IMG/VR virus record: IMGVR_UViG_3300019875_000001
Location: 1-53,144 of that record
Length of the DNA: 53,144 bases
Source: a virus
Taxonomy: Duplodnaviria; Caudoviricetes
Reading direction: 5' to 3' (one strand)
The translations under genes and the position numbers were made by a program. Under the pieces are notes generated by a model that worked only from the letters and a program-made list of their open reading frames with translations, ran no database searches and was not told the origin of the DNA. Of the stretch, positions 43,980 to 53,144 are shown piece after piece (the stretch's first letter is position 1; each line of letters begins with the position of its first letter).

Positions 43980-45369
43980 AGTGTCCCGAGTTACCGAAAG
44001 CGCCTTCTCCAGGATTACCAGGGGCAGAAGCGCACCGGCTACTCTGTCCAATTGGAGGTAAGCTAGATCTCCCAGGGAGGCCACAGGCCATTAGGAAAGT
44101 GGTAACGGTTTGGCCATCCGTGCCTCCCCCATAACCCAATACAAGAAACTGCTTGGCATCTAACACACACCCATCTAATCCAATAAAGTCACTGACCACG
44201 GCACAATCCCACAGCTTGCCCACCACAAATGCATGATCAGTTTCCTCTCCCAAGTTGCCAAATTGCACGTAGGCGCAGCCGTAGATAGGTACGCTGTAAA
44301 TAGTTTGGAGAGGTAAAGTGGGCGACCTGTAAGCCAGCACTCGCGGCATTGGATTGAAGCCGTCAGTTTGAAACAGCCCATCTCCCAGAGTCCAAGATGA
44401 GGGTGCCATGTTGGGATTGTTCCAGCATGGCGCATCCCCAATATTGTTAGGCCCTACTATGAACACTGCATATGTGGGTACAAACACCTCCGAGTCAGGC
44501 ACATCTACCCCAGCCACAGGGAAATATGGGGCCATGCAGAATAGGGATATAGCTCTAAACTGATGCGTGGTGGCATCACGAGGTGCATCTACCACGCTAA
44601 AGCCATGCGGGTTGGCAATAACAATGTACTCACTGACCGCTCCAACTCCTAGAGCGCCCATGAATCCCTTAGTGCCCTGGTCATCATTGAGTAGCTGATA
44701 GACTACGTGGTCCCCATTAAGCGAGAAATCAAACTTGAGAATGCCTGCTAGGTAATTATCCCCAGCACCCTCACGGTCGGCAGATGTCATAGAGCAGTCA
44801 TACACAGCCGTGAAGTCCGCAGAGGATGATCGCATCGTGTACCCGCCGCCACTGGACACGGCTGAGCCGGATAGAAAGCCAGCAGATGTTACAAGGATCT
44901 CATTGAACTCAGGCCCATCAGGAACGGCCACCAGATCAAGTGTAAAGTTTACGCTTGTGTTCTGTGTGACGGTGGCGAACCAGCCTGATACGTCATTGAT
45001 AGCCGCCACAAGATTGTCCAGTGTGCCTCCATACGTGGTGTCCATAGCCACGAATACACAAGCCAGACTGGTTCCAGGCACCTGCTTATATGGATCGAAC
45101 AGAGTGTACTGAACTGCGCCTATGGTTATGAACCCAGGAGGAGCACTGCACCCGATAACTGTCTTGGGCAGCACCTCGATCCCATCTGTTACAGGTGTGC
45201 CAAGAGGGAAGGTGACAGATACAGAAGCGTGCAAGCCCGCTGTCTTAGTCCAGCCAACAGACTGTAGCAGTGTCTTCCACTCGTTAATGAACTTGATCTG
45301 ATTGGGTCCGCCGATTCTCTTATTGCGGACGTTACCGCTGAACTTGATATCTAGGCTGTCGATAAGCAT
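43978..45369 (-). CDS. Putative tail-associated virion protein
   Basis: End of the tail operon; GKLWD motif shared with its neighbour. Confidence 0.55.
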   Translation of the reverse strand: MLIDSLDIKFSGNVRNKRIGGPNQIKFINEWKTLLQSVGWTKTAGLHASVSVTFPLGTPVTDGIEVLPKTVIGCSAPPGFITIGAVQYTLFDPYKQVPGTSLACVFVAMDTTYGGTLDNLVAAINDVSGWFATVTQNTSVNFTLDLVAVPDGPEFNEILVTSAGFLSGSAVSSGGGYTMRSSSADFTAVYDCSMTSADREGAGDNYLAGILKFDFSLNGDHVVYQLLNDDQGTKGFMGALGVGAVSEYIVIANPHGFSVVDAPRDATTHQFRAISLFCMAPYFPVAGVDVPDSEVFVPTYAVFIVGPNNIGDAPCWNNPNMAPSSWTLGDGLFQTDGFNPMPRVLAYRSPTLPLQTIYSVPIYGCAYVQFGNLGEETDHAFVVGKLWDCAVVSDFIGLDGCVLDAKQFLVLGYGGGTDGQTVTTFLMACGLPGRSSLPPIGQSSRCASAPGNPGEGAFGNSGH

Positions 45370-46310
45370 TAGTAGGCCACGTTCCCCGATCCTAACCCAG
45401 TAACCTCATAGATCAGCATCAGACTTGAATAGAATTGCGCGTGCCACGTAGTAGCCCGCACGTTGAAGAAGTTACCGGCGTACTCATCTGTGTAGGAGGT
45501 GAGTGAGTCTAGCGTACCAGCCGCAGTGAGTAGGAAGGCGTCCCACAGCTGCCCACGTATCTTCCACTCCCAACTAACAAAGGCGTCAATGACCAACGGG
45601 TTATTGGTGTTATAGATCCGAGTAGGCCAAGGTATCTGATTGTGGCTGATGGTGTTGGTAGCTGTCAGTGGCAGCACCCGGAGCAAGCCATCAAGAGGCC
45701 GTATGTTGTTGTTGTCTGCTGCAACCACCACAGCATCATTGAGACAGTAGGACATGCACGCATAGCAATCACTCTGCTCTCTGAAGCTGAAGGGGAACTG
45801 AGAGCCTCCACAGGACCACCAGATATTGCCAATCGTTGGGGGTGTAAGCCCTTCAGAGCACACGCCACCAACGATTGGGACATACGGGATACCGCCGCCT
45901 ACAGAACTCCACGCCCCGTTAGCCTCCCCAGGCACAGAGAGGAAGCCTTGGCACCGGCCAAACAATCCCTGGAACGTTGGGAAGGTGTTATTAGTCTTGA
46001 CTTGGTGTGGGAAGCCTAGTGCATCCTCAGCCTGATTCATGAACTGCCAGACGACACTACGGAAATTATACAGGTCAGATGTGGGATTGTCTATCTTATA
46101 GCTGAGATCATCTTGGATTAGTACACGGGCCTTATACAGTGCAGGCTGAAGGGAGGTGATCTCATAGACCTTACCACCTCCTGTCACATCTCTGACCACC
46201 TGCCACCCAACAAGGGGTAGCCTGATGGCCAGATCCTCAATCATGTCAGCGGGCGAGGTTCCGCGTATTGCATCGAATATGATCCGCTTGCCGGAATAAG
46301 CCACGGGCAT
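45369..46310 (-). CDS. Putative tail-associated virion protein
   Basis: Tail operon; VGW near the N-terminus and GQLWD, as in its neighbour. Confidence 0.55.
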   Translation of the reverse strand: MPVAYSGKRIIFDAIRGTSPADMIEDLAIRLPLVGWQVVRDVTGGGKVYEITSLQPALYKARVLIQDDLSYKIDNPTSDLYNFRSVVWQFMNQAEDALGFPHQVKTNNTFPTFQGLFGRCQGFLSVPGEANGAWSSVGGGIPYVPIVGGVCSEGLTPPTIGNIWWSCGGSQFPFSFREQSDCYACMSYCLNDAVVVAADNNNIRPLDGLLRVLPLTATNTISHNQIPWPTRIYNTNNPLVIDAFVSWEWKIRGQLWDAFLLTAAGTLDSLTSYTDEYAGNFFNVRATTWHAQFYSSLMLIYEVTGLGSGNVAY

Positions 46311-46328
46311 ACCGTAATAATTACACTT

Positions 46329-47243
46329 TTACGGATTCATTACAACAGTAAAACAGCGATCTTGCGCACCCGTGGCGGTCATGCGGAAAGCGATAACTGC
46401 TCCGTTAAGATCACTACCAGCCAAGTCAATCTTGTACCAGCCGTTAGTCATCTCTGTAGCTGCATTGGCACACGATGAGAAAGCTGCACCATCTATGCTG
46501 CGGAATCCTGTAACTGTCAATCCTGTGCGGGGTACACCAGCAGCATCCAACATGAGGAAGGGGAACCCACTGATGCCAGCATTGGTGACAGTATTACTCT
46601 GCACCTTAACTCTGCCACTTGATAAGCTTACCTGACCTGTGCCTGTGCCTGGACTAAGCAATACACTAGCGCCAAGATCTCTACCTGTTTGAGACGTACC
46701 TGCTACCTTGGTGACATTAACATTAGCAACACCGCTAGTGATATCCAGCTGTCCCGCGCCAGTGCCAGACGACAACAGGACACTAGCTGATACGTCGCGT
46801 GCAGTCTGAGCAGTAGCCGCTCCGGTAGGCCCAATCTTGACCGTGGTCGAATCTACCAGACCAGCAGCATCTACCACAACCGTCCTACCCGCAGTAGCGG
46901 GCTTGAGAGCTGAGTTACGCCTGATAGTGAAAGTGGCCACTACCGCACCAGTCACGCTCACCCCATCGATAGTCCCAGTCGTGATGACCACACTGAAGAA
47001 CGATCCAGCAGAATAGAAGCTGCCGTCAGAGCTAAGGTCAATAGTGAAGTGGTTCAGCCCAGTCACCGAGTCAAAGTCAGCTGTGATACTCACGCCAGAG
47101 GTGCTCTGTGTGGTGCTGTTGTCTTTGTACACAGACAGCGCGGGAGAACCGGCCAGCGTGAATGTGCCACCAGTTGACGGCTTGTATGAGGCAAACTTGC
47201 CATAGATCGTGATACCTGCATCAAAGTCGCCAAGTGTGTTCAT
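46329..47243 (-). CDS. Tail fibre/baseplate-like protein
   Basis: S/T/G-rich; repeat RD..ASVLLS.GTG.GQ....SG occurs twice. Confidence 0.6.
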   Translation of the reverse strand: MNTLGDFDAGITIYGKFASYKPSTGGTFTLAGSPALSVYKDNSTTQSTSGVSITADFDSVTGLNHFTIDLSSDGSFYSAGSFFSVVITTGTIDGVSVTGAVVATFTIRRNSALKPATAGRTVVVDAAGLVDSTTVKIGPTGAATAQTARDVSASVLLSSGTGAGQLDITSGVANVNVTKVAGTSQTGRDLGASVLLSPGTGTGQVSLSSGRVKVQSNTVTNAGISGFPFLMLDAAGVPRTGLTVTGFRSIDGAAFSSCANAATEMTNGWYKIDLAGSDLNGAVIAFRMTATGAQDRCFTVVMNP

Positions 47244-48274
47244 GCTACAAATCCTCTAATTGGATTGACCCCTATAAGACCACTGCCGAGAGCGCCACCG
47301 GGAGGAGCCGTACCCGTGGCAATGCGGAAAGCTACTTCAAATAAGAATGGGTTGAGGCTGGCACTGCCAGATACACCAGCTATGCGGTAGTACTGATAGG
47401 CTGTGGTGTTCCCATTAGGGCCATCAAAGAACGAGTACCCATAGGCTGAGTCGAACCCGCCACCTATAGCCCCACTGCTGCCTATGTTAGTGAAGGATGA
47501 GCCGTCATTGCTGCCTTGCAGCTGCCACACAGCATACGAGTCAAGCGTGTCCTGGAACCATCGGATCTGATCGATTACATACGCCTGGGAGAATAGGAAC
47601 TGAATCCACTTGCCAGAGACGGCTAAGTGTGCACTTTCAAACTCTAGTGCTCCTGTGCCGCTGCCGTCAACTCTGTTGAGATTGTCAACAAAGAGAGACA
47701 TGATGGGGCTAGCTACACCCGAGCGGCCATAGATCAGATTGCCTGATCCTGATGTCAGGCTCTGAGTAACTGTGATAATAGCCGTGCGATCTCCCGCACC
47801 TTCAGGGTTACCGTAATCAGGCACAGAGGCAGAGATGGCGTTTATCTGGAACTGTATTCCGCGCAGAAACGGGCTACTCGATGCGCTGCCACTGACACCC
47901 GCCATGCGATAGAACCGATAAGGCGTAGTGTTGCCATTGAGAGTTGTCTGAGTCTGAAGCGTAGAGCCGCCCAATGTGAACGAGCTTCCAATGTCTGTGT
48001 AGCTTGAATCGTCATTGCTGCCCTGCCACTTCCAGGTACCATGACTAGTGCTGTTGTCCTGACTCCATTTGGCCTCATCCACTATTCGAGGAGAGCCGAA
48101 ATCAAAGGTAAGAGAGGTGCCAGAGTTGGCCTGACCATTCCACCAAGTGGTACCAGAGGTGTCCTGCTCAACAATGAAACGCAAGGCTCCACCAAAGGTG
48201 ATACCAGCTGCCTTCACTAGCACCAGATAGCGCCTGAATCCCTGCCCGCCCGAATTGGTGTAAGCCTGTGCCAT
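47240..48274 (-). CDS. Tandem discoidin/F5-8 type C-like domain protein (candidate receptor binding)
   Basis: Two copies of W..QGSND.SS.T.IGS...NGNTT.Y..YR.AGVSGSAS..PFL. Confidence 0.7.
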   Translation of the reverse strand: MAQAYTNSGGQGFRRYLVLVKAAGITFGGALRFIVEQDTSGTTWWNGQANSGTSLTFDFGSPRIVDEAKWSQDNSTSHGTWKWQGSNDDSSYTDIGSSFTLGGSTLQTQTTLNGNTTPYRFYRMAGVSGSASSSPFLRGIQFQINAISASVPDYGNPEGAGDRTAIITVTQSLTSGSGNLIYGRSGVASPIMSLFVDNLNRVDGSGTGALEFESAHLAVSGKWIQFLFSQAYVIDQIRWFQDTLDSYAVWQLQGSNDGSSFTNIGSSGAIGGGFDSAYGYSFFDGPNGNTTAYQYYRIAGVSGSASLNPFLFEVAFRIATGTAPPGGALGSGLIGVNPIRGFVA

Positions 48275-48286
48275 AAAGCGTAATAA

Positions 48287-50872
48287 TTACATTCCTATGA
48301 TGTTGCCAAAGTTGATAACATTCCAACCCTGACCAGTGGCACCGCCGCCACTTGAGCCAGTCCCAATGTATATGTTGACACGGTTATTGTCTGGATCGTC
48401 TATGACAGTTATAACCATTCCACCCTGCCCAATGAAGTTAAGGGTGTGCCGAGTAGAGATAGAGATACCATCAGACTGAACCTCAATCTTAGTGGGCTGC
48501 CAACTAACACCAGCATCAGCCCCGCTGTCCGCTGTCAGTACATCGTCATCATCCCCCACAGGGAGACGAGTAACATCACCGTCATACACCACCAGATCAC
48601 CGACAGTAGTCAGTGGCGTGAGATCAGGTAGATCCTCCCAGTCAGCGTCAAAGTCAGCATCAGACAGCTTAGTCAGGACTTGGCCAGTAGTGCCGCCAGT
48701 TGGGAAGCCTGCACCATCGTCGCCTTTAAGTGCGAGTAGATCCCAGAAGTCTGTACCTTCTACCAGAGGCTCATTTGCAATGTTGTCATCCTGCAAGCTG
48801 ATGTAGCTAGAGCCTAAGTGCTGTACAGCATCCCCCAGGTCGTAGGTAGACCCGCCATTCCATGGACCCTTCCACTGTCCGGTAACCGTCACCTGATTGA
48901 CGATGCCCCATAGCACAGTGATAGTCGCTACGCCATTGGCGTCGAATTGCCCATCGGAGTTGGTGATATCCCAAGTGATTGCTTGGCCTTTGACAAGCTT
49001 CTTAGTCTTGATAGAGACTGATACCTCTGTCTCAATGGCTGTGCCCTCTGGAATAGTGATAGTCTCCAGCAGCACACCACCGACATTAACGTCTACAGTG
49101 AGATCCTCTGTGATAGTCCGACGCAGTACACCCAGGATTCTCAGTCCTGGGCCAGTCTCCTGCACTGTCAGCACAGGACCCTTGTTAGTGCCCTCTGCCA
49201 GATTGTGCATGTCGAATACTCGCCAGAATGCCTGAGGCCCCGGTGCCCCTCCACCACCACCCCCAGTGTCATCACCAGGGCGTAAGCGGGCAAGAGTAGC
49301 CCTCCAATCCCAATCAATGAGAGGAGAGCCCAGCGCGGTCACTTCCCAAAACACCCAGGCCCCGTCTGTGGCGACCGTAATTGAGTCAATCACAAAACGT
49401 GAGTTGACTCCCCAGCGAGCCTTGTTGACCAGAATGTTCTGACCAATGCGCAACCCATTCTTGAATGTCTTGATGCTCAGCTTCTTGGGGATGACGCCGA
49501 ACTGCTGGCCAATGGCCCGAGCGTATGTCTCACCATCCACCAGAGAGTTAGGGCCGTCCTGTTGCTGGACGCTCTCATGGTAGCCAGTGCCACCCTGCCT
49601 AGCTGACGCGAAATCAATAGCATCCTCATTGTAGTAAGTGGCAAAGCCAGCCTCAAACATTGAAGCAGTGATGACAATCACAGCCCCTAAGATAGGAGCC
49701 GTGCCCGATGCATCCTGACTAATACCAGTGGAGTTGAGATTCCAGTAGTAATCCTTGCCGGTGTTGACTCCACCTACACCCACAGTCTTGGGGTCACCAT
49801 CCACTGTGATAGTGGGCTCTCCTGCCGCTGGACTTGGCAGACTCCAGTTCTTAGTACTACCATCTCCCGTGAATGAGATAGCTTGAGGCGTTGACGCCTG
49901 ATTGCCCTCACGCACGATCACGCGATTAACAAAGGTGTCGCCATCCTCATCGATCTCGGTACCCACTGTGTAATCTTCAGGGTCCGCGTCATCTGTGATG
50001 TCGAAAGGTGCGGCTGGTCCCACAGTGTCATCAGATATGACAATCTTCTTGTCAGGCGAGATATACCAGTGCATCCACTGTGGCGGATCACCCTGAGTAG
50101 CGGAGGTTATGATGTTGTCAAATGCATTGCCGCATGGTGCATAGCTCACCTTGAAAGATGGGATAGCTACACCTTCAGCCTCTGGCACAAAGTCAAAGCC
50201 CTCACTGCTCAGAGCATTGACAACCAGATACTTCATGATTGCCGAGGGTAGAGTGTTGTCGAACTGACCAAATACAGGGTTGGCAATGGGAGAGTCAGGG
50301 TCAGTAGGCTCTCCAGTGGTGCGACCGTAGGCCAAGACTTCCCAGCCTACAGCGTCCACCTGCCATTTCATGTAGTCTTCATTGCCCTCCACCTCGATGG
50401 CTTTGACGCGCATGATCAAGCCGCCAAAGTACTTATCACCATCCACGATGCCCAAGATAGGTTGAAGGGTCAGAGGAGGAGTCAGCGTATCCATGAATGT
50501 GAATGACGCTGTGTCGTGTGTAGTCAACGAGTTGTTGATATGGAACGTGTTTACCTGAGGTGATCCACGCTTACGAAACACGGTGCAATTGGACAGGGCA
50601 TCCGGTGTCTGAGTAGCCGGGTCCTCAACCTCACACACATCATCACTGGTGACTGAGACAATTACCGTACGCAGCATCCCATTGTCAGTGGTGCTCACGT
50701 CAATAGGATCAGATGCCCCGATGATCCAGATAGGCGCACCTATATCAGCGTCAGTGAAGTGCGCTCTACCTGAGATGTCCGTAACTGTGGTGCCAGAGAT
50801 AGTCATCTGGCCCGTAAATACTTGGCCTACGCGGATTTCAGCGAGATCGACAGGCGTTTTGACTAGGCTCAT
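48287..50872 (-). CDS. Tail tip/hub protein
   Basis: Follows TMP; WYISPDKKI, FVNRVIV; W....TY..GD.V...GSSY carbohydrate-binding-like segment. Confidence 0.7.
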   Translation of the reverse strand: MSLVKTPVDLAEIRVGQVFTGQMTISGTTVTDISGRAHFTDADIGAPIWIIGASDPIDVSTTDNGMLRTVIVSVTSDDVCEVEDPATQTPDALSNCTVFRKRGSPQVNTFHINNSLTTHDTASFTFMDTLTPPLTLQPILGIVDGDKYFGGLIMRVKAIEVEGNEDYMKWQVDAVGWEVLAYGRTTGEPTDPDSPIANPVFGQFDNTLPSAIMKYLVVNALSSEGFDFVPEAEGVAIPSFKVSYAPCGNAFDNIITSATQGDPPQWMHWYISPDKKIVISDDTVGPAAPFDITDDADPEDYTVGTEIDEDGDTFVNRVIVREGNQASTPQAISFTGDGSTKNWSLPSPAAGEPTITVDGDPKTVGVGGVNTGKDYYWNLNSTGISQDASGTAPILGAVIVITASMFEAGFATYYNEDAIDFASARQGGTGYHESVQQQDGPNSLVDGETYARAIGQQFGVIPKKLSIKTFKNGLRIGQNILVNKARWGVNSRFVIDSITVATDGAWVFWEVTALGSPLIDWDWRATLARLRPGDDTGGGGGGAPGPQAFWRVFDMHNLAEGTNKGPVLTVQETGPGLRILGVLRRTITEDLTVDVNVGGVLLETITIPEGTAIETEVSVSIKTKKLVKGQAITWDITNSDGQFDANGVATITVLWGIVNQVTVTGQWKGPWNGGSTYDLGDAVQHLGSSYISLQDDNIANEPLVEGTDFWDLLALKGDDGAGFPTGGTTGQVLTKLSDADFDADWEDLPDLTPLTTVGDLVVYDGDVTRLPVGDDDDVLTADSGADAGVSWQPTKIEVQSDGISISTRHTLNFIGQGGMVITVIDDPDNNRVNIYIGTGSSGGGATGQGWNVINFGNIIGM

Positions 50873-50901
50873 AAGCGCTCATAAAGCGTAATAATTACAG
50901 T

Positions 50902-53144
50902 TTAGCGCGGCCAAGTCCCGGGTCTGAAGGCCCCTGCACGCTTAGCCTTGTCCACACCCCTTTGGAATACAGCATCTACCTGCTTGTCTGACACCTCAGC
51001 TTCAAAGTGAGAACCGCTAAGGTCAATAGTCACGCTGTTGTCACTGCCTACCATCTCGCCTGAAGCAGTGTATATGTCATCAGTAACCCCTCCGCCCCCA
51101 GCCATAGCCATCTGAGGTTTCATAGTCACACCAGGGACGCCACCACCCCCAATGAGAGCGTCAAGCTTCTCACAGATCTGCTGGTAGTAGCTGGTGGCAA
51201 CTCCCCAGTTCCAGGCCATGAAGTCAGTCAGGGTATTGCGGATTACATGGCTGTCATTCAGGAGAGAGTCTCCCTGTTCCACCAGTCCAATCTTCAGGTA
51301 GCGAGTGTAGTTCTCAATCAAGTCTAAGCTCTTGTTCATGCCCGCCATTTGGAAGTTGCCAATCACAGAAGAGACAGCAGTGATAGCCCCTGTGACCATG
51401 CCGACGATAGCCCCTACACCTTGACTAGCCGCAGCACCAGCAACGCCGCTTGCTATACCTCCCGCCGCGCTAGCACCTGAAGCAATAGCGTCTTCAGCAG
51501 CCGCGCCAGTTGTAGCCGCAGTGTCAGCAGTTACCGCAGCAGTCAACCCCAGCATGACCCCTGTTTGTGTGGTGATCAGAGCATTCTGGGCCACGGCCAG
51601 AAGATTAGACTGTATATCAATGGCATTAGTGATGAGACGGCTGGACACCTGAGTAGCCGTAGTGCCTATCATGGCCGCAGTGTTCGCGTTAGTGCTGAGC
51701 ACATCTACCGTGGTCACGATAGCATTAGCCGTAGTAGCTGCCGCATTAGCCACTGTAGCCGCCGCGTTAACATCTGTGCTGGCTGCATTCACATCAGTCG
51801 AAGTAGCATCAGCGATAGTGGCAGTAGTGTTAGTGCCCAGAGCGGCCACCTGTGCGGCAGTAGCTTCAGGTGGCCCCATGGCCTCACCCATGCTAATCTT
51901 GCCGCCGCCCAAACCAAGAGCACCAAACACTTTGCCAATGCTGCTGGACACACCAGGGAGAGCAAGGATGTTGTCCTTGAGAGTCTTGAGCACCCCATTG
52001 ACCAGGGTTTTCATGATCTCATGCTCAAAATCCTTAATGATGACTTTCCAGAATGCCCAGAATTTACCACCGGCTAGGATGGCAGTAGATACACCCTCCC
52101 CGAAATCAGCCCAGAGCTTGCCAACATCTTTCTGAGTCTCTTTGAACATGATGCCAAGCTCATGCTGCCTATCGCGCAGAGCATCCGTCTTGACAATCTG
52201 CATCTGAAGGTCAATCATCTGCTGGCTATTGGACTTGCCGCGCAGAGTGTCAAACTCCATCTGAGCAGCCATCAGCCGCTCATTGCGCTGGGCCACAGAG
52301 ACAATGCCGTCGCCGTATTCCTGTTCAAACTTGATCTTGTTCTGAAGCTGCCGTATCTCATCCTCACCGGCCTTGAGGATCTGAATCTGAACCTTAAGCT
52401 GACGTGCTGCCCTTCGGTCAGCCAACTCAATTAGCTCATTCTCAAGTGCAACCTTCTTAGACGCGTACTGGAGATCACGAGAGCCCCTCTCATTTACAAG
52501 AGCAAGCTCACGCTCAGCCGCAGCCCTTTGAATATCCTCAACTCTCTGGTCAAGAGCGGACTCAATCTGTATGCGTTGATTGGCGCTAATCTGGCCTGTG
52601 CTCTCCTCATACGCTGCCTGTTGACGAACTAGTTCAAGCTGCTGAGTCTGGTGCCTAGCCAGACCCGCTGTGCGCTCCTGTAGGGCTTTGTTAGCGTCAT
52701 TGGTTAGAGCAGTCTGACGTTTTACATCATCAGCATCGAAGGCTTTATCATCCTTCTCCATGATGTCAAGAATGTACTTGTGATAGTGGGCAATGGCGTC
52801 TTCCTTCTTACGAGCCCGTATCTCGGCATCATCTGTAACCTTCTGGTCATTGGCAGCTTTTCGAGAAGCCGCCGCAGAAGCCTGAGCCTCAACAGTGGCT
52901 TCATACACCCCAGACTTCTTAGTCGTCTCAAGTGACAGCTTCTTAAGTTCATATTTCTCTTGTATCTGTAACAGCTTCTCATTCTGATCTAGCAGCTGCC
53001 TCTCAGCTTCAGAGTCATTGATATTGCGTAGAGCTTGCTGGTGCTTGATTGAGTCAATCTCCAACGCAACCATAGCTTCCTCTGCCTTCTGAGCAGAGGT
53101 AAGCCGAATGTTCTGTATGCGATTGCGCTCCTGTGCGGCACGCT
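50902..53144 (-). CDS. Tape measure protein, C-terminal part (5' truncated)
   Basis: Open to the window edge; coiled coil then T/A-rich repeats; directly upstream of the tail tip gene. Confidence 0.85.
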   Translation of the reverse strand, partial: RAAQERNRIQNIRLTSAQKAEEAMVALEIDSIKHQQALRNINDSEAERQLLDQNEKLLQIQEKYELKKLSLETTKKSGVYEATVEAQASAAASRKAANDQKVTDDAEIRARKKEDAIAHYHKYILDIMEKDDKAFDADDVKRQTALTNDANKALQERTAGLARHQTQQLELVRQQAAYEESTGQISANQRIQIESALDQRVEDIQRAAAERELALVNERGSRDLQYASKKVALENELIELADRRAARQLKVQIQILKAGEDEIRQLQNKIKFEQEYGDGIVSVAQRNERLMAAQMEFDTLRGKSNSQQMIDLQMQIVKTDALRDRQHELGIMFKETQKDVGKLWADFGEGVSTAILAGGKFWAFWKVIIKDFEHEIMKTLVNGVLKTLKDNILALPGVSSSIGKVFGALGLGGGKISMGEAMGPPEATAAQVAALGTNTTATIADATSTDVNAASTDVNAAATVANAAATTANAIVTTVDVLSTNANTAAMIGTTATQVSSRLITNAIDIQSNLLAVAQNALITTQTGVMLGLTAAVTADTAATTGAAAEDAIASGASAAGGIASGVAGAAASQGVGAIVGMVTGAITAVSSVIGNFQMAGMNKSLDLIENYTRYLKIGLVEQGDSLLNDSHVIRNTLTDFMAWNWGVATSYYQQICEKLDALIGGGGVPGVTMKPQMAMAGGGGVTDDIYTASGEMVGSDNSVTIDLSGSHFEAEVSDKQVDAVFQRGVDKAKRAGAFRPGTWPR

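Larger units (their letters stand above)
1368..50898. repeat. Dispersed palindrome GTAATNATTAC (extended AASYGTAATNATTACRSTT), 38 exact cores
   Basis: Core starts: 1368, 3577, 5436, 7425, 8473, 9345, 10760, 11251, 13143, 14363, 14923, 15688, 15883, 17949, 19661, 20625, 22615, 23068, 24631, 25143, 26248, 27790, 28667, 29284, 30435, 31203, 32956, 33785, 35310, 36337, 38188, 39613, 41450, 42738, 43497, 46314, 48280, 50888; one-mismatch copy at 16992. Confidence 0.97.

Noticed and set aside
46329-48274. Diversity-generating retroelement suggested by internal repeats in tail genes
   Set aside because: No reverse transcriptase; the repeats are in-frame domain duplications
1368-50898. Palindrome as a MITE/REP element or as canonical parS/matS
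   Set aside because: Only ~19 bp, no target duplications, in frame within genes; sequence differs from TGTTTCACGTGAAACA and GTGACRNYGTCAC
53073-53144. Window as a closed circle
   Set aside because: The TMP halves are out of frame when joined and I see no terminal overlap, so sequence is missing

Overview
The window is a nearly complete ~53 kb tailed-phage (siphovirus-like) genome. Both ends lie inside the tape measure gene, and the two halves do not join in frame, so some TMP sequence is missing. Layout: a minus-strand morphogenesis block (terminases, portal, protease/scaffold, Mu-gpT-like capsid, head-tail genes, a glycosyltransferase, tail tube, chaperones, TMP; tail tip and fibre genes at the right end); a ~2 kb mostly non-coding control region with four phased DnaA boxes and a probable large structured RNA; a plus-strand early operon (RNase III domain, many small ORFs separated by a recurring RNA hairpin, DUF932, ParB-family protein); and a minus-strand replication/accessory block (XRE regulator, DinG-like helicase, SSB-like protein, nucleases, split DNA polymerase A, macrodomain, methyltransferase, exported proteins). 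The most striking signal is a palindrome, core GTAATNATTAC (extended AASYGTAATNATTACRSTT). I counted 38 exact copies spread across the whole genome, including inside genes and as stop/start junctions. The genome also encodes a ParB/KorB-like protein and a separate small protein that copies its C-terminal domain. I could not recognise an integrase, primase or endolysin. An Acidobacteriota host is a guess from recalled protein similarity. All calls are by eye; no searches were run.
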